DNA of 64,000 nt from Bacteroidia bacterium (GCA_037968415.1 JBBKVM010000014.1:11954-75953); one strand, 5' to 3'. Shown: positions 48,855 through 59,319, numbered from the stretch's first letter. A program made the numbers and translations. The notes: generated by a model not told the origin, from the sequence alone.

Positions 48855-50321
48855 TTATCGCGGCATATCAAACAACAGGTTCGACTTGCTGCCAAAATGA
48901 TCCTCTACGCGCTCAGTGTCAAAGTCTCTGGACTGATTGTCTCGCTTCATTATTTTCATTTGCCATCTGGGGTCGTTTACCTCACCCAATGCATCCGAAT
49001 GAATCAACTGAAAATCGTTGGTAACCAAATCAGGATTGTAGAAAATAAATTTACGGTTGCTTTGATTATCGAGTTTGTAATAGTGCCAGATCTCATAAGG
49101 ATAGGCACTGGGCTCGCTCAGTTTTTGAGCTATGCTATTGGGAGCACCATATTTCAAATAAACGCGTCCCCTGTCAGTCTCATAACCACGCATGATGCGG
49201 GTGCTATATGATTCATTTACTTTTTGAACTTGCTTGGCATATTCGAGCCATGCCATTTCGGGATTCGTAGGGTTCTTTCGTTCCCAAAAGCTGTAGAAGA
49301 ATTTTTGCATCATTTCCACATTGCTTATGTCCAATTGATTGTCGGCAAAAGCTACTTCGCGATTATTAGAGATGGGTCTTATGGAACTTATATAGTCTTT
49401 AAGTTGCGATTCGGTGGTGTAGTTTTGTACAAATGTGTTGTTGATGTTCACTAGACTGTAATCGTTTGATTCATTATCTGCAACCATGGTATTGCTTCGC
49501 TGAAAAAACTGTTCCTTAAAAGTGATAAGGTCATTCTTCTTGTTTCGCACTTCCACTGTCAGTAGATAGTTTCCTGATGGCAGTTCGCCAATCGGTATGT
49601 TGCCAATGATAGGATTTACATCATTTGGGTTTTGCTTGATGAATGACTTATATTTTTCAATAATTCTTTTCGTTTCGAAAGAGGATATGTAATAATTTAC
49701 CAGATAGCTCTCTTGCTTAAATACCTCACTAGTATTGTACACTTCTGCATAAAACTTTAAATCACTGGTTTTTTGTGGATAAAAGTTTGCCACCAAGGGT
49801 ACCATGTCATAGCCACTTTTTGCAATTAACGATTGGGAGGCTGCCGGGCCATAGTGATCCACCAATTCGATATCAGATATCGCCACAATATTTGGATGAT
49901 ATTCAATTTTTATCTCTTGCTTTGATGTAAAAGGAACCTTGGTTCCATGCGCATCGCTAATGGAAACCTCCATTGTATACTTACCATTAGCAAGCAGAAA
50001 TCGTTGTTGGTCAATGAAGCTAAAAGCGGTTGATTTTGGGTCGGCAACCTCAGGGCTCAGCAAATTGTATTTCTCAAAAGCTTTTACTGTTTCACCAGAT
50101 TTAAACACAATTGTTACCTGAATCTTGCTTTGATACTGGCCACTTTCGTTCATTACAAATTCAACACTTTCTCCTTTCACCGACAAATATGTTTCAACAT
50201 AAGGTCCTGTAGTGGGTGAATAAAAAGTTGAATAGGCCAACATTGCTTGCAGGCTTTTTGATCCGGCATGAGCTGTAACGGCCATGCAACAAATACAAAA
50301 TGAGATAATTAACTTTTTCAT
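48855..50321 (-). CDS. GWxTD-domain secreted protein (tentative family assignment)
   Basis: Signal peptide. C-terminal …SYSTRIMRGYETDRGRVYLKYGAPNSI… resembles the GWxTD domain. Confidence 0.65.
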   Translation of the reverse strand: MKKLIISFCICCMAVTAHAGSKSLQAMLAYSTFYSPTTGPYVETYLSVKGESVEFVMNESGQYQSKIQVTIVFKSGETVKAFEKYNLLSPEVADPKSTAFSFIDQQRFLLANGKYTMEVSISDAHGTKVPFTSKQEIKIEYHPNIVAISDIELVDHYGPAASQSLIAKSGYDMVPLVANFYPQKTSDLKFYAEVYNTSEVFKQESYLVNYYISSFETKRIIEKYKSFIKQNPNDVNPIIGNIPIGELPSGNYLLTVEVRNKKNDLITFKEQFFQRSNTMVADNESNDYSLVNINNTFVQNYTTESQLKDYISSIRPISNNREVAFADNQLDISNVEMMQKFFYSFWERKNPTNPEMAWLEYAKQVQKVNESYSTRIMRGYETDRGRVYLKYGAPNSIAQKLSEPSAYPYEIWHYYKLDNQSNRKFIFYNPDLVTNDFQLIHSDALGEVNDPRWQMKIMKRDNQSRDFDTERVEDHFGSKSNLLFDMPR

Positions 50322-50443
50322 GGCATTGATATTTGGGTGTATTTAAAGTTACGAATCTTTAGGGTTTATTCAAAAGGCTGATCTTTTTCAAATTTTTGGC
50401 TTGGCATGAAATGCGATTCATAAAAAATAGTACTTTTGCGCCC

Positions 50444-50531
<88 letters not shown>

Positions 50532-50539
50532 TCACAATT

Positions 50540-50563
50540 AACCCCGTTTTTCGGGGTTTTTTT
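50540..50563 (+). terminator. Rho-independent terminator after tRNA-Ser (aaccccg-ttttt-cggggtt followed by T-run)
   Basis: 7-bp GC-rich stem plus T-tract. Confidence 0.75.
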
Positions 50564-50674
50564 GTTTGTGACAGATTTCAAGACCATACATCAAGTAATG
50601 CACACGGCAGCTCTGGTCGGTGCTAATCGGAAATATTTAACTTAGTCGCTGACAGTGATCCGTCACACAAGTTT

Positions 50675-51895
50675 ATGACCACCACTCATAGTCCTTTTAA
50701 TATGATTGTGTTGGTAGCCGCACTCGGCTACTTCGTTGATATTTACGACCTGGTACTTTTTAGCATTGTGAGGCGCGAAAGCCTGCTCAGCCTAGGTTTA
50801 GCAGAGTCTGAATTACTGACGGCAGGTGTAAGGTTGCTCAACTGGCAGATGGGAGGTATGCTTTTGGGTGGCATTCTTTGGGGCGTGTTGGGAGATAAGA
50901 AGGGCCGAATTTCCGTATTATTTGGCTCAATCTTTTTGTATTCTGCGGCCAACATCGCCAATGGTTTTGTACAGTCTGTAGATATGTATGCTTTTTTAAG
51001 ATTTGTGGCAGGTGTAGGCTTAGCGGGTGAGTTGGGAGTTGGCATTACATTGGTGAGCGAAACCATGACCAAGGAGAATCGCGGTTATGGTACCATGATA
51101 GTAGCTACAGTAGGCATTTGTGGAGCAATTGTAGCCGCTTTGGTGGGCGATTCTTTCGATTGGCGTATTGCCTATTATGTGGGGGGAGGCATGGGGCTGT
51201 TGTTGCTTTTGTTGAGGATTGGTGTATATGAATCCGGGATGTTTAGGAATATCGAACAGCATGTAAAGCGTGGCAACCTGGGGAGTTTATTCCGGTCGCG
51301 GAAGAAAGTAATCAAATACTTGAGTGTAATATTAATTGGTGTCCCCATTTGGTATGTGGTAGCGATCTTAATCACTTTTTCGCCTGAGATGGGAAAAGCA
51401 ATGGGGATGGAGCAATTACCCAGTGCGGGCAAAGCCGTTATGTATTGTTACATTGGTTTGGCTTTAGGCGATTTTGCAAGTGGTTTTTTAAGTCAAATAA
51501 TGAAGACCCGTAAAAAGGTTGTGTTCGGGTTTCTGGGCATCACTGTGTTGGGTATTGTTTCATATTTCATGTGGGGCGCGGGATCGCTAACCCAGTTTTA
51601 CATCATCAGTTTGTTGCTCGGATTTGGGACTGGCTATTGGGCTGTGTTTGTAACCATGGCATCAGAATTATTCGGAACCAACATAAGAGCTACTGTCACG
51701 ACCACCGCTCCCAATTTTGTGCGTGGCAGCGTAGTGCCTATCACTCTTGCTTTTGGAGCGCTCAAAGGTACTATGGGTATATTGGCCAGCGCGGCCATAG
51801 TAGGAGCCCTTACAATTGTAATAGCTGTTGTATCTTTATACATGCTTGAAGAAACTTTTGGGAAAGACCTGGATTACATAGAATCTGAATCATAA
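50675..51895 (+). CDS. MFS transporter
   Basis: 12 TM helices, 406 aa. Confidence 0.8.
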   Translation: MTTTHSPFNMIVLVAALGYFVDIYDLVLFSIVRRESLLSLGLAESELLTAGVRLLNWQMGGMLLGGILWGVLGDKKGRISVLFGSIFLYSAANIANGFVQSVDMYAFLRFVAGVGLAGELGVGITLVSETMTKENRGYGTMIVATVGICGAIVAALVGDSFDWRIAYYVGGGMGLLLLLLRIGVYESGMFRNIEQHVKRGNLGSLFRSRKKVIKYLSVILIGVPIWYVVAILITFSPEMGKAMGMEQLPSAGKAVMYCYIGLALGDFASGFLSQIMKTRKKVVFGFLGITVLGIVSYFMWGAGSLTQFYIISLLLGFGTGYWAVFVTMASELFGTNIRATVTTTAPNFVRGSVVPITLAFGALKGTMGILASAAIVGALTIVIAVVSLYMLEETFGKDLDYIESES

Positions 51896-51899
51896 AATA

Positions 51900-52262
51900 A
51901 TGTCAAAAGATACATTGGTTATTGGAGTTTCAAATCATGCTGAACGATATGCCAACATGGCCGTGCAGCAGTTGCAGAGCGAGGGCCACAATGTGCATTG
52001 CATTGGATTGCGCGAAGGCCACGCGCATGGCGTGAAGATTCAAACCGGATTTCCTGAACTCAAAAACATCCACACGGTGACTCTATACATAGGGCCAGCG
52101 CACCAGCCACAATACTTTGAGTACATAACCAACTTACAACCAGCGAGACTTATTTTTAATCCGGGCACAGAAAATCCGGAGTTTTATAGAATTGCTGACG
52201 AAAACGGCATTGCCTTTGAAACTGCCTGTACTTTGGTGATGTTGTCAGCTAAGTTGTATTAA
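51900..52262 (+). CDS. CoA-binding domain protein (YccU-like)
   Basis: IGVSNHAERYANMAV Rossmann-like N-terminus, about 120 aa. Lies 5 nt downstream of the MFS gene. Confidence 0.8.
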   Translation: MSKDTLVIGVSNHAERYANMAVQQLQSEGHNVHCIGLREGHAHGVKIQTGFPELKNIHTVTLYIGPAHQPQYFEYITNLQPARLIFNPGTENPEFYRIADENGIAFETACTLVMLSAKLY

Positions 52263-52306
52263 TCGGACTTTCTGATTTTCATTCATTCCACAGCGGCAGA
52301 TAGGAT

Positions 52307-53638
52307 TTATACAGTTGGAAAAATAAAAGTGAATGCGGTGCCTTGTCCCATTTCTGATTTCAAGTGCAATTTTATTTTGTGGAATTCGGCAATCTTTTTT
52401 ACAATGGGCAACCCCAACCCATACCCTTCTTTTGATGAACGATCAAACCTTTTGAAGCGATCAAAAATCCGTTCGAAGTGTTCACTGTTAATGCCGGCTC
52501 CCTTATCTGTAATGGTAAGCATATAGTTTGACGCTTCATCCGAATCATCTGTGATGACAATGGTTTGACCTGACTCGCTGAATTTCGCTGCATTGCTAAC
52601 CACGTTGAAAAGCATGGTAAACAACAGTGACCTATTACACTCAGTCAATTGAAAATCGCTTTTGAGATTGTTTTCAATCGTAATCTTTTTCTCAGCGGCT
52701 CTTTCTTCTATTTCAGATACTACTTCATTGACCAACTCACTTACTGCCACTGATTCTTTTTTTAGAAACTGGTCGTTTTCTATTTGCGAAATCATCAATA
52801 GCGCCTTTATAACTTTGCTCAATCTGCTTAGCGTGCGCTGCGATTCCACCAATTTTATATTTGCGCTGGAAGGCAGATTGTTTTCCGCTAGCATATTTTC
52901 GAGCCTCGATTGAAGGACCGAAATGGGGGTGAGCAATTCATGAGAAACGTTTCCAATAAATTCTTTTTCGATAATAAAAAGCTCTTTTGCTTTCTGCATT
53001 ACTCCATTGATCGAATTGTCTAGCAGTGCAAACTCATCAGTGTTGGTAGGTATAATTGAAGCCACATAATCAGTAGGGTGTATGGCTGGTTTTAGTTTGG
53101 TATCAATGATCTTGTGAAATGGTTTCAACAATACTTTGGTGAAGCCAATGTCCGCAATGATGGTAAGTAAAATGAGAATTAATGTGATCCAGAATGTAAA
53201 CTTCCGGATGGAATGGTTCAGCTCCTCAATTGCACCAAGGCCTTCGCCAATGCGCAATTCGTACAATTGATTGTCATACAGAAAAGGTTGGCTGATTACC
53301 CTGTGTAACAAAATCTCCTCTTCAATCGAAATTTCATCGTTACTGATTTTCGCAGTACCAGCGCTTCCTTTGTCAATTTTCGTAAGCGGTTCGATGGAAA
53401 CAAACTCCTCTTTAAGAATATTGTAGCTCTCAAAACTGCAATCCTGCTCCAACGTAATCTCGTCAATGCCACCGCGCTCAATCATCTTAAAAACCCTGTC
53501 AGTACGCGCCTTCAATCTACTATCTATGTGCGTGTAAACAACGGTTGAAATAATACTGGGTATGGTCACGCTGATGGCAAGTATGATCAATACTTTTGAA
53601 GCAGCACTGTACAACGCAAATTTTGTTTGGATTTTCAT
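52307..53638 (-). CDS. Two-component sensor histidine kinase
   Basis: N-terminal TM helices. H-box SHELLTPIS. C-terminal HATPase_c motifs (DKGAGI, GYGLGL). Confidence 0.88.
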   Translation of the reverse strand: MKIQTKFALYSAASKVLIILAISVTIPSIISTVVYTHIDSRLKARTDRVFKMIERGGIDEITLEQDCSFESYNILKEEFVSIEPLTKIDKGSAGTAKISNDEISIEEEILLHRVISQPFLYDNQLYELRIGEGLGAIEELNHSIRKFTFWITLILILLTIIADIGFTKVLLKPFHKIIDTKLKPAIHPTDYVASIIPTNTDEFALLDNSINGVMQKAKELFIIEKEFIGNVSHELLTPISVLQSRLENMLAENNLPSSANIKLVESQRTLSRLSKVIKALLMISQIENDQFLKKESVAVSELVNEVVSEIEERAAEKKITIENNLKSDFQLTECNRSLLFTMLFNVVSNAAKFSESGQTIVITDDSDEASNYMLTITDKGAGINSEHFERIFDRFKRFDRSSKEGYGLGLPIVKKIAEFHKIKLHLKSEMGQGTAFTFIFPTV

Positions 53639-53639
53639 T

Positions 53640-54314
53640 TTACAACTTCGCTTTGTAGCCTATTCCTCTTACGGTTTCTATCCAATCGATATCACCGTGA
53701 GTGGACATTTTTTTTCTAAGATTTTTGATGTGCACATCAATATAATTAGAATCATAACTCTCTTCCATCACATCTCCCCAAATGTGTTCAGTAAGCTGTG
53801 TGCGGGTGAGTACGCGATTTTTGTTGAGCACCAAGTAGTGAAGCAAATCAAATTCTTTTTTGGTGAGAGTAATTTCTTCAGCCCCAGTGCTTACCGTTCT
53901 TTTATTTAGGTCAATTATGAAATTAAGTACCTCAATGGTATTGCTTTTGAGACCGTGTTTGCGTCTGGTCACGGCATGCATCCGTGCCATCAATTCAGCC
54001 AGGGCAAAAGGTTTTGCCAGATAATCATCCGCACCCATATCGAGTCCTTTTACTTTGTCATCGGTTTCGCTTCTTGCGGTGAGTATTATTATGGAAACTT
54101 CTTTTCCGTCTTCTTTTATCTCCTTCAATAAATCTAACCCTTCGTAATCAGGTAACCCCAAATCCAGCAACACAAAATCATATTCATTGACAAAAATCTT
54201 CTCCGAACCTTCACGCCCTGTGAATGCCACATCACACATAAAGCCTTGTCTTGTGAGAAAAGCATTAATCTCTGTAGCAAGTTCTTTTTCGTCTTCAATG
54301 ATTAACACATTCAT
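53640..54314 (-). CDS. OmpR-family response regulator
   Basis: Receiver domain (MNVLIIEDE…DLGLPD…) plus winged-helix C-terminus. Confidence 0.92.
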   Translation of the reverse strand: MNVLIIEDEKELATEINAFLTRQGFMCDVAFTGREGSEKIFVNEYDFVLLDLGLPDYEGLDLLKEIKEDGKEVSIIILTARSETDDKVKGLDMGADDYLAKPFALAELMARMHAVTRRKHGLKSNTIEVLNFIIDLNKRTVSTGAEEITLTKKEFDLLHYLVLNKNRVLTRTQLTEHIWGDVMEESYDSNYIDVHIKNLRKKMSTHGDIDWIETVRGIGYKAKL

Positions 54315-55495
54315 ATTTCGTCCAAGCTTTTAATAATTATCTCGATTGCAGTTTCAAGTTCGTTGTCGGTAATAGTAAGTGGAGGTGCGATACGCATCTT
54401 GTGCGCGGCAAACAGAAACCAATCTGTGAAAACACCATTTTGTAGACATTTGTCAATGGCATTCGTGCATACTTCCGCACTCTCGAAAGTTGCAGCCAGC
54501 AAAAGTCCACGGCCATCTATGCTTTTGATTAATGGGTGTGTCAGTTTTTTGCGAATTATTTTTTCGCACGCCAATGCGCGGTCTGCGAGTTTGTTTTCAA
54601 GGATTACCTCCAAACACGCAATTGCTGCCGCACAGCTTACCGGGTGACCTCCAAATGTGGTAATGTGTCCGAGCACCGGTTGATGTGTGAACGCAGCCAT
54701 CATTTCTTTTTTTGCCACAAAGGCTCCCAACGGCATGCCACCGCCCAGGCCCTTGGCCAGCAAAAGTATATCGGGGATGATACCCATTTGTTCGAATGCA
54801 AACATGCTGCCCGTACGCCCCATCCCGCACTGTATCTCATCAAGTATGAGCAGTGTTCTGGTTTCATCACATTTATTTCTGAGCGCATGCATGAAAGACT
54901 TATCAGGCACCAGCGCACCGGCTTCCCCTTGTATCGTTTCAAGTATCACACATGCAGTTTGCTTTGTGATGGTTTCTATCGATTGGGTATCGTTGATGTT
55001 TATGATTTGTACATCTGGCAGCAGCGGTCTGAATGCCTGCTTGAAAGTCTCGTTGCCCATCACACTCAATGCGCCATGGGTGCTGCCGTGGTAGCTATCA
55101 CGAAAAGTCACCAGCCCTGAGCGACCTGTTATACGCTTGGCAAGTTTCAATGCGCCTTCAGCGGCCTCTGCTCCGGTGCTGACAAAATATACACTCCAGC
55201 CATCACCGGGCATTTGCGCGGTCAGCATTTGCGCCAGCTTCACCTGCGGATATTGAATGAGTTCGCCATACACCATTAAGTGCATGTACTTTTCAGCCTG
55301 ATCTTTTACGGCCTGCACCACGCGTGTATGGCTGTGGCCAACAGCGCTTACAGATATTCCTGCGATCAGGTCGATATACTTTTTGCCATCGATGTCTATC
55401 AGGTACACCCCCTCGGCTCGCACTATTTCTAAACCCAGAGGAGTAGGAGCGGGCGCTGCGAGGTACTGCTGAAACATTTGCCTGTTGGTTAGCAT
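54311..55495 (-). CDS. Class-III (omega) aminotransferase (acetylornithine/ornithine aminotransferase-like)
   Basis: PLP motifs GSTHGAL…ILDEIQCGMGRTG…LAKGLGGG. Overlaps the response regulator by 4 nt. Confidence 0.88.
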   Translation of the reverse strand: MLTNRQMFQQYLAAPAPTPLGLEIVRAEGVYLIDIDGKKYIDLIAGISVSAVGHSHTRVVQAVKDQAEKYMHLMVYGELIQYPQVKLAQMLTAQMPGDGWSVYFVSTGAEAAEGALKLAKRITGRSGLVTFRDSYHGSTHGALSVMGNETFKQAFRPLLPDVQIININDTQSIETITKQTACVILETIQGEAGALVPDKSFMHALRNKCDETRTLLILDEIQCGMGRTGSMFAFEQMGIIPDILLLAKGLGGGMPLGAFVAKKEMMAAFTHQPVLGHITTFGGHPVSCAAAIACLEVILENKLADRALACEKIIRKKLTHPLIKSIDGRGLLLAATFESAEVCTNAIDKCLQNGVFTDWFLFAAHKMRIAPPLTITDNELETAIEIIIKSLDEI

Positions 55496-55608
55496 AGCCC
55501 AAAAGTAACAAGAATTGCTAAGGTCTTATCTTTGCTTCGGTTCAGCCAGAGGTGCTTGAAATTAGGGTACACTTTTTGAATAGACATTTATACACTAAAC
55601 ACGATTTT

Positions 55609-56670
55609 ATGAAAAATACACTTACAAAAAATGTGTTGCTTTTAGCCATCCCCTTGGCCATGCTCGCTACCGGATGTTCTAAATCCGGAGTGTCTTTTCA
55701 GGCTTTACGCCCTGCAGATATTGACATGAATAAGCAAATCAAAACCCTTGTTGTGGTGAACAGAACATTGCCCGAAAAAGGGTGGGTGAGCGCAGGAAAC
55801 GTGCTTGAAGGTTTGCTTTCAAGCGAGGGCATTGGGCAAGACCGCGATGGAGGCCGCACTTCTTTGGCCACACTTTCCAGACAAATCGCTGATGCTCCAC
55901 GATTCAAGGTGGTCAATCCTGGTATCGAGCTTAGAACCAAAAGGCTTATCGGTATGCCTCCACCCCTCACTTGGGCTATCGTAGACTCAATTGCTGGAGC
56001 GCACAACGCGCAAGGCCTTCTGGTGTTGGAATATTTCGATTCGGATGTAACCAAGTTTACTAAGGTGGATACAGTGATTGAAAAAACGAAAGAAGGCGTG
56101 CAGATCAAACGCCCTGTATATACGGCAGTTCAAAATGTGCGTGTAAAATCAGGCTGGAGGGTGTATGATGCGGCTAATAAAACCATCTCTGACGAGTTTC
56201 ACGGGGTGGATGAGTTCAATTCAGATAAGAGTTCGAAAAGTGCCCACAAGGCTGCATGGCAATTGCCTAGCGCGCGAAGTACTGTGGAGCAGGCAGGATC
56301 ACTTGCCGGGTTCAATTATGCTGCGCACATTTCGCCCACCTGGGTGAATGTAAACAGGACATATTACAAAAAAGGGGGGAAGGATGCACGATTCAAAACA
56401 GCAGCCATTTCTGCTCGCTCTGGCGATTGGAAAACAGCAGCTACACAATGGAAAAACATAGCTGATACAGGTAAAAAGAAAGCGGCCAAACGCGCAGCTT
56501 ATAATATGATAGTGGCATGCGAAAAGGAAGGCAAGCTTGACCTTGCGATGGAATGGGCTCGAAAAGCCTCTACTGAATTCAATGCCAAAGATGCAGGTGG
56601 ATACATTGGCCGATTGCAAAAAAGGATCAACGATGAAAACCGTGTGAAAATGCAACTCTCAGAGGAATAA
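55609..56670 (+). CDS. Hypothetical lipoprotein
   Basis: Lipobox LATGCS. Start chosen at MKNTLTKN rather than the longer ORF. Lys-rich helical C-terminus. Confidence 0.6.
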   Translation: MKNTLTKNVLLLAIPLAMLATGCSKSGVSFQALRPADIDMNKQIKTLVVVNRTLPEKGWVSAGNVLEGLLSSEGIGQDRDGGRTSLATLSRQIADAPRFKVVNPGIELRTKRLIGMPPPLTWAIVDSIAGAHNAQGLLVLEYFDSDVTKFTKVDTVIEKTKEGVQIKRPVYTAVQNVRVKSGWRVYDAANKTISDEFHGVDEFNSDKSSKSAHKAAWQLPSARSTVEQAGSLAGFNYAAHISPTWVNVNRTYYKKGGKDARFKTAAISARSGDWKTAATQWKNIADTGKKKAAKRAAYNMIVACEKEGKLDLAMEWARKASTEFNAKDAGGYIGRLQKRINDENRVKMQLSEE

Positions 56671-56674
56671 AAAA

Positions 56675-56701
56675 ACCACCGTCCACTTGTGGACGGTGGT
56701 T
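56675..56701. terminator. Hairpin accaccgtccac-ttgt-gtggacggtggt with 5' A-run (terminator for the minus-strand sigma operon, possibly bidirectional)
   Basis: 12-bp perfect stem between convergent genes. Confidence 0.65.
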
Positions 56702-56721
56702 CACTTCATAATCACCTATTT

Positions 56722-57207
56722 CTAATCTTCGTGACGCATGCCAGGGCCACCGCGCTTATCCTGTATGCGTTTCAGCAGTTCGCGCTTAAAGTCTTCTTCA
56801 GTTTTGTACAACATTGCTAATTTTTTGATGGGCAACACCTTTTTAAACTGCGTATGATATTTTTTCAGCAAGTCCAATTCGGCTTGTCTTTGAGTTATTT
56901 CTGCATCCACCATCTTCTCTACTTCCTTGTCTGATTTGTTCCCAAAATCTTCGCCTAGTTCCTGGCGGTTAGCTCTGCGCTTGGTACGCATGGCTTCCAT
57001 TTCGCTTTGAAATTGATTGTACACAGGCCAAAATTCGCGCGCCTCAGCAGGGGACAAATCAAGCTTGTTGGTGATAAAAGCAATCTTCATTGCTTCAATG
57101 CGGCTCTTGTCATCTTTTTCACCGCGTCCCCCGGGCTGCGCCAAAAGTGACCCACCCAGCAATACCGATGTCAATATCAGCGTAAATATGTATAAAGTAT
57201 TTTTCAT
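56722..57207 (-). CDS. Periplasmic Spy/CpxP-like (LTxxQ-type) helical protein
   Basis: Signal peptide. Repeated …LDLSPAEAREFWPVYNQFQ… helical motifs. Third gene of the sigma operon. Confidence 0.5.
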   Translation of the reverse strand: MKNTLYIFTLILTSVLLGGSLLAQPGGRGEKDDKSRIEAMKIAFITNKLDLSPAEAREFWPVYNQFQSEMEAMRTKRRANRQELGEDFGNKSDKEVEKMVDAEITQRQAELDLLKKYHTQFKKVLPIKKLAMLYKTEEDFKRELLKRIQDKRGGPGMRHED

Positions 57208-57680
57208 AATTCAATTATCAATTGGTTCATTTCTATATTTTGATCGATGAGATATTGTTCAATATCATTGTAGTCAATTGATGTGTTGCCTGAGTGAATA
57301 TTACTCGCCAAAGCGGTTTCAATAATCAGGTCTTCGTCAATGGATAATAAATAATTTGACTCCGATAAGTCGGCAGCTGTTATTTGGAAAGCACTCAGGT
57401 CTTGCTTAGGCACAGTTGTGTAATTATTGTAATAATAAATACCACACACCAATAATACAATGGCAGCACTTAGCCCATAGGCCAATTTTTTTACTGCAAA
57501 AATTGAAATCACCTTAGCGCTTTCTGATGGCTTTGTTTTTATTCTTTGATGCACACTTTCCGCAAAACTTTCAAAGTATTTTTCAGGCACTTTGAAATCA
57601 TTTTGCTTAGGAATCATTGCTAGTCTTGGCGCCAGTGACCCCAAATCTTCGTCTGATGTTTTTTGATTCCGGTTTTTCAT
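57204..57680 (-). CDS. Putative membrane-anchored anti-sigma factor
   Basis: Single central TM helix (LSAAIVLLVCGIYYY). Immediately downstream of the ECF sigma gene, with a 4-nt overlap with the next gene. Confidence 0.55.
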   Translation of the reverse strand: MKNRNQKTSDEDLGSLAPRLAMIPKQNDFKVPEKYFESFAESVHQRIKTKPSESAKVISIFAVKKLAYGLSAAIVLLVCGIYYYNNYTTVPKQDLSAFQITAADLSESNYLLSIDEDLIIETALASNIHSGNTSIDYNDIEQYLIDQNIEMNQLIIEL

Positions 57681-57727
57681 TCTTGTGTTCTTATTATGGT
57701 GCTTTGATGCATTAGGATAGGTATAGT

Positions 57728-58276
57728 TTAAATATTGCTGATGAATTTTTCGATCTTTTTTACCGCGTGATGATATGAGGCTTTCAGTGCTCCCATAGTC
57801 AACCCGAGCATTTCAGCCATGTCTTCATATTTCATGTTTTCGTAATATTTGAGATTGAAAACCTCTCTTTGGCGGGCAGGTAATGTGAGAATAGCTTGTT
57901 GTAATTTTTGCTGAATATAATCGCCATCATACATTTCATCGTCCGAAAGTTTGTTGCTCAATTCATGTTCCACGTCCACAATGGGTAACATAAACCGCGT
58001 TTTCTTCTGTCTTAAAAACGTCATGGATTCGTTGCTGGCTATTCGATAAAGCCATGTGTACAACTGACTCTCTTCTCTAAATCCCGCGAGGTGATTCCAT
58101 ACTTTTATAAAGACATTTTGCATGATGTCATTGGCGTCATCGTGGTCCACTACCATCCTGCGCACATGCCAGTACAATCGCTCTTGATATTTTTTGATGA
58201 TTAAATTGAAAGCGTAGTGTTTGTTATCACCCTCTTTGAAAAGTAACACAAGTTCACTGTCCGGTGTATCAGACAT
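57728..58276 (-). CDS. ECF-subfamily RNA polymerase sigma-70 factor
   Basis: Region 2 (…IMQNVFIKVWNHLAGFR…YTWLYRIASNESMTFLR) and region 4 (…EDMAEMLGLTMGALKASYHHAVKKI). Start chosen at MSDTPDSELVLLFKEGD. Confidence 0.88.
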   Translation of the reverse strand: MSDTPDSELVLLFKEGDNKHYAFNLIIKKYQERLYWHVRRMVVDHDDANDIMQNVFIKVWNHLAGFREESQLYTWLYRIASNESMTFLRQKKTRFMLPIVDVEHELSNKLSDDEMYDGDYIQQKLQQAILTLPARQREVFNLKYYENMKYEDMAEMLGLTMGALKASYHHAVKKIEKFISNI

Positions 58277-58316
58277 AGATTGCTTTACGGGTGCGGAAGA
58301 TGTTTCCGTATCCGTT

Positions 58317-59300
58317 TCAGATCTGTGTGAATTGTTCGTGTTTTCTGGCAATTACTTTTAATGTTCGGTCTACAATGTCGGGTGCATCGAGTCCGTATTT
58401 TGTTAATAGTTCTTCAGGTTTACCACTTTCGCCAAAACTGTCATTCACGGCCACCATTTCAATGGGAGTAGGCAAGTGTTGTGCGAGTAACTGTGCTACC
58501 GCCTCACCCAGACCGCCATTGCGCTGATGCTCCTCTGCAGTCACCACACATTTGGTTTTGCGCGCAGATTGTATGACGGCTTTCTCATCCAGTGGTTTAA
58601 TGGTATGGATATTTATGATCTCTGCGCTGATACCTTGCTCGGCAAGCATGTCTGCCGCCTGTATGGCTTTCCACACCAAATGCCCTGTAGCCAATATCGT
58701 CACATCTGTGCCTTCACTCAGCATAATTGCTTTGCCTATTTCGAATTTTTGATTAGTAGGCATAAACACAGGCCAGGCAGGCCGTCCAAATCGGAGGTAC
58801 ACAGGTCCATTGTATTTGGCTATCGCAATAGTGGCTGCTTTTGTTTGATTGTAATCGCACGGGTTGATCACCACCATGCCGGGCAGCATGCGCATCATAC
58901 CGATGTCTTCCAATATCTGATGCGTGGCTCCATCTTCGCCCAGTGTAAGTCCCGCATGCGAAGCACAAATCTTAACATTCTTACCCGCGTAGGCTATTGA
59001 TTGTCTTATTTGGTCGTACACCCTACCGGTAGAGAAATTGGCAAATGTTCCGGTAAAAGGAATATATCCACCTATGGTAAGGCCCGCTGCCACACTCATC
59101 ATGTTGGCTTCTGCCACTCCCGCCTGAAAAAATCTTTCAGGAAATTCTTTAGCAAATGCATCCATTTTCAATGATCCTGTGAGGTCGGCACATAAGGCTA
59201 CCACGCGTTTGTCTTCGCGACCTATTTCAAGTAAACCCGCGCCAAAGCCCGATCGGGTGTCTTTCTTTTCGGAGTATGAGAATTTTTTCGCCAGCGACAT
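58317..59300 (-). CDS. Transketolase, C-terminal (pyrimidine-binding plus C-terminal domain) subunit
   Basis: …[17 protein letters not shown]…[14 protein letters not shown]… motifs, 327 aa. Confidence 0.92.
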   Translation of the reverse strand: MSLAKKFSYSEKKDTRSGFGAGLLEIGREDKRVVALCADLTGSLKMDAFAKEFPERFFQAGVAEANMMSVAAGLTIGGYIPFTGTFANFSTGRVYDQIRQSIAYAGKNVKICASHAGLTLGEDGATHQILEDIGMMRMLPGMVVINPCDYNQTKAATIAIAKYNGPVYLRFGRPAWPVFMPTNQKFEIGKAIMLSEGTDVTILATGHLVWKAIQAADMLAEQGISAEIINIHTIKPLDEKAVIQSARKTKCVVTAEEHQRNGGLGEAVAQLLAQHLPTPIEMVAVNDSFGESGKPEELLTKYGLDAPDIVDRTLKVIARKHEQFTQI

Positions 59301-59319
59301 AAGTATGAATAATTTTGAA

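Noticed and set aside
54536-55120. 194-aa and 135-aa plus-strand ORFs within the aminotransferase gene
   Set aside because: Antisense to a PLP-motif-bearing class-III aminotransferase. Cys/His-rich shadow-ORF composition.
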